64,000 nt of DNA, taken from Candidatus Poribacteria bacterium. Lineage in GTDB: Bacteria; Poribacteria; WGA-4E; WGA-3G. Below are positions 39,413 to 48,996 of the stretch, in pieces. The notes under the pieces are model-generated. The model had not been told where the DNA came from. It was given only the letters and a program-made list of their open reading frames with translations, and did no database searches. How positions within the stretch are numbered: the stretch's first letter is position 1; each line of letters opens with the position of its first letter. The stretch lies in the NCBI GenBank assembly GCA_965198235.1, contig OZ240248.1, forward strand, positions 2,528,001-2,592,000. Reading direction: 5' to 3'. Both the position numbers and the translations under genes were made by a program.

Positions 39413-40066
39413 ATGCGGACGGATTCACAAATGCCTTATGAACGACAAATTCCGCTTTTTCCCTTACAGACAGTCTTGTTCCCCGGCGGATTTTTACCGC
39501 TACACATCTTTGAACCACGTTACCGAACGCTGGTTAAATTCTGCTTGGAACATCAGTCTGAGTTCGGAGTTGTGCTTATCAAAGAAGGAAAAGAGGTAGA
39601 TGACGTTGCTACACCCTATGAAATTGGTACAGCTGCCCGTATCCTTCAAGTTGAAGATTTAGACGACGGCCGCATGAATATTATCACCGCTGGCGAGTAC
39701 CGCTTTCAGATTCTGGAGGTGCAGGAGCACCTCTCCTATCTTACAGGTCGGGTTCGGATGTTAGATGACTTGGATACAGAAATTGAATCGGTATCGGAGG
39801 GGCTTACGACACAAACTGAAGAATTGTATAAAGCGTACGAGAAGTTATCCAGTCGATTAATTTTCGCTTGGAGTCCGCCTGATGAGCAGCCGGACGATCC
39901 AAGGGAACTTGCCTACCAAGTTGGCATACGGTTACGGATTTCCCTTGAAGAAAAACAAACCTTGTTGGAGACAATTCCCTTAGAACAGCTCCTCACGCGC
40001 GAAGTCGAAATTCTGACCGACCAGAATCGACGGATAGCGTTTCAATTGGCGGCGCAAAACAATTGA
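39413..40066 (+). CDS. LON peptidase substrate-binding domain protein
   Basis: IPLFPL..VLFPG..LPLHIFEPRY, DGR.NI...G..RF; RBS AGGAG. Confidence 0.88.
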   Translation: MRTDSQMPYERQIPLFPLQTVLFPGGFLPLHIFEPRYRTLVKFCLEHQSEFGVVLIKEGKEVDDVATPYEIGTAARILQVEDLDDGRMNIITAGEYRFQILEVQEHLSYLTGRVRMLDDLDTEIESVSEGLTTQTEELYKAYEKLSSRLIFAWSPPDEQPDDPRELAYQVGIRLRISLEEKQTLLETIPLEQLLTREVEILTDQNRRIAFQLAAQNN

Positions 40067-40161
40067 GAAGGTCGCAATCGTGTTCGACGAAGTTGGCAGG
40101 CATTCCATATTGAGGTGTTCACTCCTACAGCACAAAATCTTATCTGCAACGCGATAACATA

Positions 40162-40770
40162 ATGGCACTAAAGGCTCCCATCCATCAATTTACTGAAACT
40201 CGGTCGATCCAGATTACACGCCGGGATTTCTTCTATGTCAGCAATATCTTATCGGCTTTCCGACTCCTCACGGTCCCTTTTATCTTCTACTTCATTTACC
40301 GTGCCCAATGGGTCGTCGCGATTGCTTGTGGCACAGTCGCCGTTATCACGGATCTGTTAGATGGATTCTTCGCTCGGCGTTTAAAGCAACATACTGAACT
40401 CGGTTATATCTTAGACCCAGTTGCGGATAAGCTCGCGCTCTCCGCTGGAATCTTTGCTCTCGCTATATTCCATTCCAGGTTTCCTGTATGGGCATTTCTG
40501 GTGATTGTTGCCCGTGATACCTTAATTGTACTTGGCAATGCGGTCTTGGCATATAAGGCGAAGATGATCACCCGTTCTAACCTTTGGGGAAAATGTACAA
40601 GTTTCTTTTTGTCAATTGTTATACTGCTTTATCTGCTCCGTCCAATAATGCCTCGCTTACCGAAGGATATTGAATTTTACGGTCTTTGTCTCGCTTTGGT
40701 ATTTGTATTTGTCTCAACCGTGAGTTATGCTCGCCACATGTTCCGCGTGTTAGAAACACTGAGCCGTTAA
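40162..40770 (+). CDS. CDP-alcohol phosphatidyltransferase (PgsA-like)
   Basis: TDLLDGFFARRLKQHTELGYILDPVADK. Confidence 0.9.
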   Translation: MALKAPIHQFTETRSIQITRRDFFYVSNILSAFRLLTVPFIFYFIYRAQWVVAIACGTVAVITDLLDGFFARRLKQHTELGYILDPVADKLALSAGIFALAIFHSRFPVWAFLVIVARDTLIVLGNAVLAYKAKMITRSNLWGKCTSFFLSIVILLYLLRPIMPRLPKDIEFYGLCLALVFVFVSTVSYARHMFRVLETLSR

Positions 40771-40859
40771 CAAGTCCCGACCCAGATTGGAAAACTGAAC
40801 AACTGCATCTCAAGACTGTGAAAAGCAGTTTCAGATGCACGTTAAAAGGAAATACCCTG

Positions 40860-41780
40860 ATGGCTTACAAAGAACTCGCAACGAGAAAACCTTTTATTGT
40901 TAACAAAAACTTAGGTAGTGCCGTCGAAGTCGAGCCTGAAGAGCTGACAAGAACCAACGCTGATGGTATACCCGTCATTGTTCCAACCCAGAAGCAAAAA
41001 TACGATTTTGATCGGAATGGCTGGCTCCTGATTCCGAGTATTTTGTCGGACGCTGACATCGCAGAGATGCGTGAATTCTGTCAACGTTTGCACGAGGCAC
41101 CGGAGAGCATCCCGGAACCGGAACGTTCTGCACTCGGTGGTCCACTTCAAAAACTCGCTGACCACCCGGTCGTCGTTGGGTTTCTCAATGAGTTTTTGGC
41201 ATATCCACCCGCTGCAAGTGAGGATTGCTATGGCTTTCGACTCGAGGAAGCAGCAGCGTTCTTCGGGAACACCTCAACACGTCCTGAAGTCCAGTCAGGA
41301 TTTCGCAAAGGAAATGGGTTATTTCGTTTACCGGGGGATTCTCATCTCTATCGGTGCGTGCCAGGACGTGGTTGGAGTGGGCTGACACGTGCTGTATGGG
41401 AACTAACCGAGGTCACTGCCCAAACAAACAGCATTCGGTTTATTACGGGGAGCCACAAAGCCGCATACCCGATACCAGAAGCCTTGCAGAATCCAGATTC
41501 GCCGTTGTGGGAGACGTATGAATGCCCGCCCGGTTCTCTCTTTCTTTTTACAGAATCTATGACGCAGACGCAGGTTCAAGTCGCTGCTACCGAGCGGGGC
41601 TCTATCTTGAATTTGTACAATACAGTGGCGAGTCGCTGGTCGAATTGGCTACCTCATCCGCAGCTCCTCGAAGCGATGCCTCCCAAACGACAGACACTTT
41701 TCCGAGAAGCCTATGCGGGCGGCAACGTCGTGAATGGAGATTTTAACCAGCGGACATCCGCCTATCCCACCGAAGTTTAA
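40860..41780 (+). CDS. PhyH-like protein lacking Fe ligands
   Basis: Close paralog of the next gene; FRKGNG and TESMTQ replace PHNGNG and TEALTH. Confidence 0.75.
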   Translation: MAYKELATRKPFIVNKNLGSAVEVEPEELTRTNADGIPVIVPTQKQKYDFDRNGWLLIPSILSDADIAEMREFCQRLHEAPESIPEPERSALGGPLQKLADHPVVVGFLNEFLAYPPAASEDCYGFRLEEAAAFFGNTSTRPEVQSGFRKGNGLFRLPGDSHLYRCVPGRGWSGLTRAVWELTEVTAQTNSIRFITGSHKAAYPIPEALQNPDSPLWETYECPPGSLFLFTESMTQTQVQVAATERGSILNLYNTVASRWSNWLPHPQLLEAMPPKRQTLFREAYAGGNVVNGDFNQRTSAYPTEV

Positions 41781-41809
41781 CCACCTACAGTCGTAAGGAG
41801 AGAAATCTG

Positions 41810-42679
41810 ATGGAAAAACAGATAGACAAAAATCAGCAACCGTGGCTTGGGGCATTATTGCCACCGGATACATGCGAATTTCCCACCCGAAACGCCGACG
41901 GTTTAGTTATTCCTGAGTTGACTCCGCAACAGCGCTACGCGTTCGATACTCACGGTTGGTTTCTGGTACCGGAGGTGTTTACCGGATCAGAACTCAAAGA
42001 GATGCGCGATTTCGGCTACCGCCTACACCACGACCCGGAATCTATTCCAGAGCATGAACGGAGCCCCGTCGGCGGTCCGCTGCAGAAACTCATCGATCAT
42101 CCCCTTGTTGTTTCACTGCTCAACGAATTCACGGCGCATCCGGCTGTAACACGTCCAGAGTGCTACGGTTTTGCCGTTGAGAGTGCAAGTCTTTTTTATC
42201 GGACTCTCGGCATGGGACGATTTGGACCGCACAACGGCAACGGTTTACTCCGTTTTCCGGGTGATGTCCACTACTACAACGCATTTCCCGGCAAAGGTTA
42301 CAGTCCACACACCCGTATTGTATGGGAATTGAACGAGGTGAAGAAAGGACAGGGGGGTACACTTTTAGTAACCGGTAGTCACAAATCGGTTTACACAGCA
42401 CCGCCTGATATCCAAAACCCTGATTCCGATATTTGGACGACTTACGGCTGTCCAGGGGGCTCACTGCTCTTTTTCACAGAAGCACTCACCCACAGCGCAA
42501 CGGAGTGGACAAATACCGAAAATGACAGGATTGCCGTTTTTAATCTTTATAGTCCTGTCGATAGTGGTTTCGCGAAGGTTTACGAGCCGCATCCAAAACT
42601 CCTCGCTGAAATGCCGTCGCTTCGGCGAACGCTGTTCCGTAATCGTTACGTGGTGGACACTGTTAACGGCACGTTGTAG
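41810..42679 (+). CDS. PhyH-like Fe(II)/2OG enzyme with HxG motif
   Basis: FDTHGW, PHNG, GGT...GSHK, TEALTH, NDRIA. Confidence 0.8.
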   Translation: MEKQIDKNQQPWLGALLPPDTCEFPTRNADGLVIPELTPQQRYAFDTHGWFLVPEVFTGSELKEMRDFGYRLHHDPESIPEHERSPVGGPLQKLIDHPLVVSLLNEFTAHPAVTRPECYGFAVESASLFYRTLGMGRFGPHNGNGLLRFPGDVHYYNAFPGKGYSPHTRIVWELNEVKKGQGGTLLVTGSHKSVYTAPPDIQNPDSDIWTTYGCPGGSLLFFTEALTHSATEWTNTENDRIAVFNLYSPVDSGFAKVYEPHPKLLAEMPSLRRTLFRNRYVVDTVNGTL

Positions 42680-42698
42680 CAATGCAAAGGAAAAACCA

Positions 42699-43019
42699 AT
42701 GCCTGATAACAACAACTTTAATGAGCTCCTCATCCACACCTTAAAACAGATTCACGTCCGCTTGGATCGATTAGATGTGAAGCTTGACGAGAAAGCCGAT
42801 AGGGCAGATGTTAAAGCCCTATCGGCGAAGCTTGACGAGAAAGCGGATAAGGCAGATGTTAAAGCTGTTGAACAACGCCTCGGCGGTGTCGAAAATCGTC
42901 TTGACAGCGTCGAAAGCCGCCTTGATCGGATTGAAAGCGGGATTGGAACGCTCAAATGGGTAATTGGCGTTGGGTTAACCGCCATGAGTGTTCTCATTGC
43001 ACTTTTAAAAATATTTTGA
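42699..43019 (+). CDS. Small coiled-coil repeat protein with C-terminal TM helix
   Basis: Tandem KLDEKAD(R/K)ADVKA and VE.RL heptads, LKWVIG TM end. Confidence 0.7.
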   Translation: MPDNNNFNELLIHTLKQIHVRLDRLDVKLDEKADRADVKALSAKLDEKADKADVKAVEQRLGGVENRLDSVESRLDRIESGIGTLKWVIGVGLTAMSVLIALLKIF

Positions 43020-43055
43020 TGCATGCTTTCTGATAGAAATTACAAGGAAACAGCC

Positions 43056-44435
43056 ATGCCCACAACACAACCTAATGTCCTCTGGATTTACGGTGAAGAT
43101 CTCTCGCCAGACCTCGGCTGTTACGGCACGCCTGCGGTTGCAACACCAAATATTGATCGGCTTGCATCGGAAGGCACCCGTTATACCAATACTTTCGTCA
43201 CATGTCCAGTCTGCTCGCCAAGCCGATCCGCACTGATTACAGGCACCTATCAGACACACTTTGATGCGCACAACCATCGCAGCAATCGTGATAAGCCGTT
43301 ACGGGCGGATATGAGACTTATCACCGATTGCTTCCGGGAAGCAGGCTATTTTACTTGCAACAGCCCAGGACCACCCTACGATCGTCCCGGAAAAACCGAT
43401 TTCAACTTTCAGCGGGAACAACCCTTTGATGGCATCGACTGGAGCGAACGCGCTGAAGGACAACCCTTTTACGCGCAAATCAACATCCCTGATACACATC
43501 GCGTCTTCAAGCCGGATCCAGAACGTCCTATTTCCACTGAAGATGTCGAATTGCCACCTTACTATCCCGACCATCCGCTTGTCCGAAAGGATTGGGCACT
43601 CTACCTTGAGAGCATTCAGATTTTAGATAGAAAGGTCGGACAGATTCTCAAACGATTGGATGATGAAGGGCTTTCGGACAACACTATCATCTTCTTTATG
43701 AGCGATCACGGACGGGCACATATCCGTTGCAAGCAGTTCCTCTATGATGGCGGCATCCATATTCCGCTCATCGTCCGATGGCACCGACACGTTGAACCTA
43801 ACACCGTCGATAACAAACTCATCAGCGGTGTTGATTTCGCACCGACAACGTTATCCCTCGCTGGTATTGACATCCCTGACTATATGCAAGGGCAAGTTTT
43901 CCTCGGAACAGGGGCAACATCGCGCGACGCGATCTTCGCGGCGAGGGATCGGTGTGACGGAACTGATGACAGAATCCGGTGCATACGGACACACCGCTAT
44001 AAACTCATTCGCAATTATCACCCTGAGCGTCCCTATATGCAATTCAACGGCTACAAGAAACAGCAGTATCCACTCTGGACCTTGATGCCACTGTTATCCG
44101 CAAACGGCGAATTATCCCCTGCGCAACAGCATTTCATGAAGCAGACACGTCCGCCTGAAGAGTTGTATGATCTGCAGGCAGATCCGTATGAAATTAACAA
44201 CCTCGCCACCGATCCACGTTTTGATACTGTGCGAAGCGAACTCGCCGCGCAGCTCGACAATTGGATAGCAGAGACCACGGACATGGGGGACACACCTGAA
44301 TCCTCAGAGGTCACCACTTATTGGGACGAGAATATGGCGGAAAGATTCAAGCAGGACATGGAAAAACGAGGGCTTTCGCACGATATAAGCGATGTGGATT
44401 ATGTCGCATGGTGGGAAAACCACCTGTTAGTGTAA
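43056..44435 (+). CDS. Sulfatase
   Basis: PNVLWI..EDL, CSPSRSALITG, SDHG, EELYDL..DPYE..NLA. Confidence 0.92.
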   Translation: MPTTQPNVLWIYGEDLSPDLGCYGTPAVATPNIDRLASEGTRYTNTFVTCPVCSPSRSALITGTYQTHFDAHNHRSNRDKPLRADMRLITDCFREAGYFTCNSPGPPYDRPGKTDFNFQREQPFDGIDWSERAEGQPFYAQINIPDTHRVFKPDPERPISTEDVELPPYYPDHPLVRKDWALYLESIQILDRKVGQILKRLDDEGLSDNTIIFFMSDHGRAHIRCKQFLYDGGIHIPLIVRWHRHVEPNTVDNKLISGVDFAPTTLSLAGIDIPDYMQGQVFLGTGATSRDAIFAARDRCDGTDDRIRCIRTHRYKLIRNYHPERPYMQFNGYKKQQYPLWTLMPLLSANGELSPAQQHFMKQTRPPEELYDLQADPYEINNLATDPRFDTVRSELAAQLDNWIAETTDMGDTPESSEVTTYWDENMAERFKQDMEKRGLSHDISDVDYVAWWENHLLV

Positions 44436-44459
44436 GGGTATACGACACGGAGGTTCCCA

Positions 44460-45695
44460 ATGAACGATATTCTCTATGGACACGGCGACGGGTTTCTCAC
44501 ACAGGATGGACGACGGCTCTTTCCAATCGGGTTTTATGAACACCCTGCTGAAGATGACGCACTCAGAGATATGGCAGAAGCAGGTGTCAATCTCATTCGA
44601 TGTGGTAACACAGATTCACTCGACCGCGCGCAGGCACACGGAATGATGGGATGGGTGCCGCTATCTCTTCAATCCGGTGCGACACCCGAATTTCAGGAGC
44701 ATGTCCGCACCCTTGCAGAGCATCCTGCTCTTGCTGTGTGGGAAGGTCCAGATGAGGTGGTGTGGAACTTCACCGCATATAGCGGTCTCTGGCGACAAGA
44801 TCAGTTGGCAGTGTTCCCGAATAAGGGCGAGTGGTGGATGCAGACCCCGCTCGCTATCCAATATTCTGAGGAACGGGCAGCAGAGATTATGCCCAATATG
44901 CGTAAGGCTGTTGAATTCATCCGCAGTATTGATCCGCAGAATCGGCAGGTTTGGATAAATGAAGCGCGCGATAGCGATCTGAAATTTGTCCGACAGTACA
45001 TTGACTTCGTGGACATCACTGGATGTGACGATTATCCGATTCGGGCGGATGGCCGTCCCGCTATCCGCCTCGCTGATTCCACAGACCGGTGGAGACAGGT
45101 CGGCAAAGACAGACCTGTCTGGATGGTGCTTCAGGGGTTTACTTGGAATGACTTGGACGATGAGCACGGCGATGTTGCTGCTTTTCCAACCTTTGACGAA
45201 TCACGTCTGATGGCGTATGTTTGCATTACGCATGGAGCGAGAGGCATTTTGTATTGGGGTTCCAATTATATCAAGTCCGAGGGGAAAGAGGCTTTTCGGA
45301 AATCGCTTTACGCCTTAACGAGCGAACTCGCCGCACTTCAACCCTTTCTCACAGCACCGATCGAGCGATATGTCACAGTGCAAGTGATTGATGACGGACG
45401 CACCGATGTACCTATCCCCGCTTCGATGCGCGGTGTGAGTATCACGGCTCGTAGGATCGGACGTGACTGGCTCATTGTCCTCGTCAATGAAGATGAACAT
45501 GCCTACATGGGAGTTGAAGTGACTGGACTGCGTGCCCTCAACGGCACCGAGTTTGTGGAACTCTACGGAGACGAGAAAACCGCTGTGTCTGATGGGTCGT
45601 TCGTGACACGAATGCGTCCCTTTGAGGTCAAGCTCTTTGCAACACACCGAAAATGGGAGACTACACAACGGGAGGGCAGAGAATTTGCAGAATAA
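44460..45695 (+). CDS. Putative glycoside hydrolase-like TIM-barrel protein
   Basis: FPIGFY, HPALAVW..PDE, DITGCDDYP, PVWMVLQGF, HGARGILYW. Confidence 0.6.
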   Translation: MNDILYGHGDGFLTQDGRRLFPIGFYEHPAEDDALRDMAEAGVNLIRCGNTDSLDRAQAHGMMGWVPLSLQSGATPEFQEHVRTLAEHPALAVWEGPDEVVWNFTAYSGLWRQDQLAVFPNKGEWWMQTPLAIQYSEERAAEIMPNMRKAVEFIRSIDPQNRQVWINEARDSDLKFVRQYIDFVDITGCDDYPIRADGRPAIRLADSTDRWRQVGKDRPVWMVLQGFTWNDLDDEHGDVAAFPTFDESRLMAYVCITHGARGILYWGSNYIKSEGKEAFRKSLYALTSELAALQPFLTAPIERYVTVQVIDDGRTDVPIPASMRGVSITARRIGRDWLIVLVNEDEHAYMGVEVTGLRALNGTEFVELYGDEKTAVSDGSFVTRMRPFEVKLFATHRKWETTQREGREFAE

Positions 45696-46494
45696 TACAA
45701 GTGAACGTTTTGGTTTTGATGCCCCAAAAAATAAACCAATCGAAGAATCGATCCAATGGGCGGCGGAAAATGGGTTTGGATATATCGACTTCCAAGCCGA
45801 TGTTCCTCCAAATGACATAGCCTCCTTTGACCCGGCGCGTGTTCGCAGGGTCCGAGATCTCTGTGAAACACACGAAATCGCCATCGGTATTCACCCTTCG
45901 TCGGCGATCAACAATGCCGAGTACGTGCCGCTCATGTCTGAGGCGGTCAATGACTATCTCTTTGCGAATTTAGAGCTTGCGCAACGGCTCGGATGTGGCT
46001 GGCTCATCGGACATGGCGGCTATCATTTTGGAGATGTCGCGCAACGTCGTGATGCGGCGATTGAGCGTATCCAGCGATTGGTCGCGCGGGCGGAACAGGC
46101 AGAGATCGTTATCTTTTTTGAGAACCACAACCGGGAACCCGAGCACGCCGAAATCCATTACATCCCTCATAATGTTGAAGAGACACACTGGTTTTTCGAT
46201 GCTCTGCGTTCTCCATATCTCAAGTGGGCGTTTAATGTGGCGCATGGACATCTGGTTCCAGAGGGGTGGGAAGGTTTTTTGGATGCTTTCGGTGTAGAGA
46301 ACATCGGTCAGGTCCGACTCAACGACAATACCGGTGAGTATGAAATCCATCTCATCCCCGGCGAAGGGACGATTGATTTTGCGGATCTATTTGGGCAATT
46401 AAATAGGCGCGGTTATGATGGCTGGTTTAGTCTCGGATTCGGTGGTGATGCGGATAAGGTGCGCGTCCGAGATGAATTCGCGGAGTACTTGTGA
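45685..46494 (+). CDS. Sugar phosphate isomerase/epimerase (TIM barrel)
   Basis: FENH, FNVAH, LNDN.G...HL.PGEGTIDF; start approximate. Confidence 0.8.
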   Translation: MQNNTSERFGFDAPKNKPIEESIQWAAENGFGYIDFQADVPPNDIASFDPARVRRVRDLCETHEIAIGIHPSSAINNAEYVPLMSEAVNDYLFANLELAQRLGCGWLIGHGGYHFGDVAQRRDAAIERIQRLVARAEQAEIVIFFENHNREPEHAEIHYIPHNVEETHWFFDALRSPYLKWAFNVAHGHLVPEGWEGFLDAFGVENIGQVRLNDNTGEYEIHLIPGEGTIDFADLFGQLNRRGYDGWFSLGFGGDADKVRVRDEFAEYL

Positions 46495-46533
46495 GAGCGG
46501 TCTCCTGATCGCGCCTCTGTCTTGTGCGATGGC

Positions 46534-47259
46534 TTAGTGGTTCCCCCGCAAGCGGTCCAGTTCGGCGCGCAGGTGTGCAGCTTCCGCCTCCGCCGCCTCT
46601 GCGCGGGCTTCTGCCTGTTGGCGTGCGATAATCTCCTGGTCTGCAAGGGCCTCTGCTGCTTCCTCCGGGGTCTGAAGCCACTGACTTGTAGCAGGATCAT
46701 AAAACTGTAAGGCATCGGGTTGTAGGTGTAACGCTAAACCGAGCACCGCGGAATGAATACCCCCGTCTGTCTCCTGGGGAACCGGTTGATACCTGCCATC
46801 TACTAAAGTCCACCCCATCAGCGGGGCAGGTAAATATAAACCCTCTATATCACACAAGAAATAGTCAGTAATCCCTAAGCCCGCGTAAATCTGCATCTTC
46901 TCCCCTAAGTCCTTTTGGTAGGTGCTTTCACTCGCCAACTCCATCACGAAATCAGGCGGCTTTCCCTCCTGCCAGACGAGATACGTCCGACGCGCCTTCT
47001 GACCTATCCCAAAAGAGACCAGCACATCCGGGGACACAACTTTCCGCGGATCCCCCTGCACATAGTACATCAGCAGATCCCCAGAGACATACACCTCTGG
47101 GTTATCTTTAAAAAACGCTTCAAGCACCCGGAGGATCCGCATCAGAACACGTCTATGATCATCACTCGCTGCCATGGGTTGACCATCCGTTTCTGGATAA
47201 AGACTGCTTTCTTGGGTCAGGGCATAACCGAGGTGACCACCCTTTTCGGACATCGCCAT
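46534..47259 (-). CDS. Uma2-family (PD-D/ExK) endonuclease-like protein
   Basis: YPETDGQPMA, SPDVLV, PDFVMELAS.ST...D...K...YA; coiled-coil tail. Confidence 0.88.
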   Translation of the reverse strand: MAMSEKGGHLGYALTQESSLYPETDGQPMAASDDHRRVLMRILRVLEAFFKDNPEVYVSGDLLMYYVQGDPRKVVSPDVLVSFGIGQKARRTYLVWQEGKPPDFVMELASESTYQKDLGEKMQIYAGLGITDYFLCDIEGLYLPAPLMGWTLVDGRYQPVPQETDGGIHSAVLGLALHLQPDALQFYDPATSQWLQTPEEAAEALADQEIIARQQAEARAEAAEAEAAHLRAELDRLRGNH

Positions 47260-47312
47260 GCCTGTTCTCCTTGTTGAATGCCTTGTTGGGGATAGGTGTT
47301 CTGCTCTTTTAT

Positions 47313-48843
47313 CTAACCTTCCGAGACTAAAACCCAATGCTTTAGCTTTTGGATACAGTCTGTCCCTTGTGAATTAGACCAGGGGTCTCTGTTAAAAAAA
47401 GACTTGCGGAAAGCACCCCACACAGTGACTGTGTCGGGTGACTTTCCGTGACTTTCAGCTTGAAATGTAGTATAATTAAAGTATCAAGTTGGCAGACATT
47501 CATAGCGTTACCGCAAGGTTACGTGTCTGCCTACCCACTATGAAGGGGTTAAAGACTTGATACTTGATATACCCAATGCGGAACACAAATCACAAACTTT
47601 TTCATGAGAAGACGTTGCGTCACTTGCACGACGAGTTGAATATCTGTGGCGTTGTCAAGAATCACTTCCTTGCGCTGTCTATGCGATATTACCGCAGGTA
47701 TGGTAAAGACCTTTCGTATTCCAAAATGTCTAAGCACTTGACGAAACTCAAGAGGCTTCCGAAATATGCGTATTGGAATATCCCCTACTCGTGGGCGTTA
47801 CAAAATGTGCTGAAGCGTCTGGAAACCCAGAGTTTCAAAGAAATAAAAACGCTCGGTCGTGGACACCCGAAATTTAAGTCCTGTCAGAAACACAAAGGCA
47901 TGACCTTCAGAGGTGAACAGGTCAAAATAGAGAAAGTGTTAGACGCTCAAAAACACGAGAGGAACCACCCGACGTATAAAATCCGACTCAACGGACGTTG
48001 GTATCGGTTCGCGCTGCACCGTGAAATCAAGGGCATCATCGTTGAAGTTCACGTAACGAGGGACGCACTCGGAGATATGTATATTACGCTGACAGAAGAC
48101 TATACCGAAATTAAAATTGAACCCAAGACGGGTCAAGCTGAAGGGTTTGATTTTGGTATCAAAGACTTCTTGACTGGCAGTGAGGGTCATAGATATACGT
48201 CTCCGATGTTCTACAAACACAACGCTGAAACGTTGGCAACTGCACAAAAGGCGTATTCTCGTAAGGTCAAAGGTTCTCATAATCAAGAACGAGAACGTAA
48301 GAACGTTGCACGTATCCATAAGAAAACGGCGAACCAGAGAGCAGACCATCATTGGAAACTCGCGATAGACCTGTGCCGTTCTTTTGATATATTGTTCTTT
48401 GAAGTGTTTTTGCTTGGGTGTTTCGCTTTCGGGTATGAAACGCTTGTGGGGAAAACAAGTCTCCGACCTCGCCTTTGGTGAGTTTCTCCGAAAGCTTAAA
48501 CACCAAAGCCATAAGCGTATCCGCTCTGTGCTGAAAATCAATCGGTGGTCGCCGACCACAAAGTGCTGTTGTGTGTGTGGACATAAAAATCAAAGCCTCA
48601 CGCTATCAGATCGTCACTGGACGTGTCCAAAGTGTGAGACACACCTCGACCGCGACGAGAACGCTGCTATGAACATTCTTAAGGAAGGGGTAGCTTCCTT
48701 TGGGTTAGGAGTCATAAGACCTATTGTTTTGTTTAGCAAGATCGTAGGCACCTCTGTTGAATCGAACCATCCGATTCTGAATTCCACAAATGCTTCTGCT
48801 TAATGATTGCAGAAGCCCAAGTCTTTAGACTTGGGTCTATCAC
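47313..48843 (+). mobile_element. IS200/IS605-family tnpB-only element, second copy
   Basis: Follows TTTAT; left hairpin CCAATGCTTTAGCTTTTGG; right hairpin CCCAAGTCTTTAGACTTGGG then TCAC. Confidence 0.8.
47576..48803 (+). pseudogene. tnpB: tnpB, frameshifted at RuvC-II
   Basis: GFDFG and FFE in one frame, then GMKRLWG...CCVC...CPKC..DRDENAA in another; foreign segment at about 48404-48431. Confidence 0.85.
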
Positions 48844-48996
48844 GAGTGTATGGAAACCTAAATTTGGGTTTTCCAAGACTGTTCCTAATTTTATCACAAA
48901 TTCGTCCCAGATGTCAGCCAATTCTTTGTGTCTTTCCAGTCAAGAATTCTCTTATCCTGGAAATCCTTGAATCTTGAAAATCCTGATTCAGACAAC

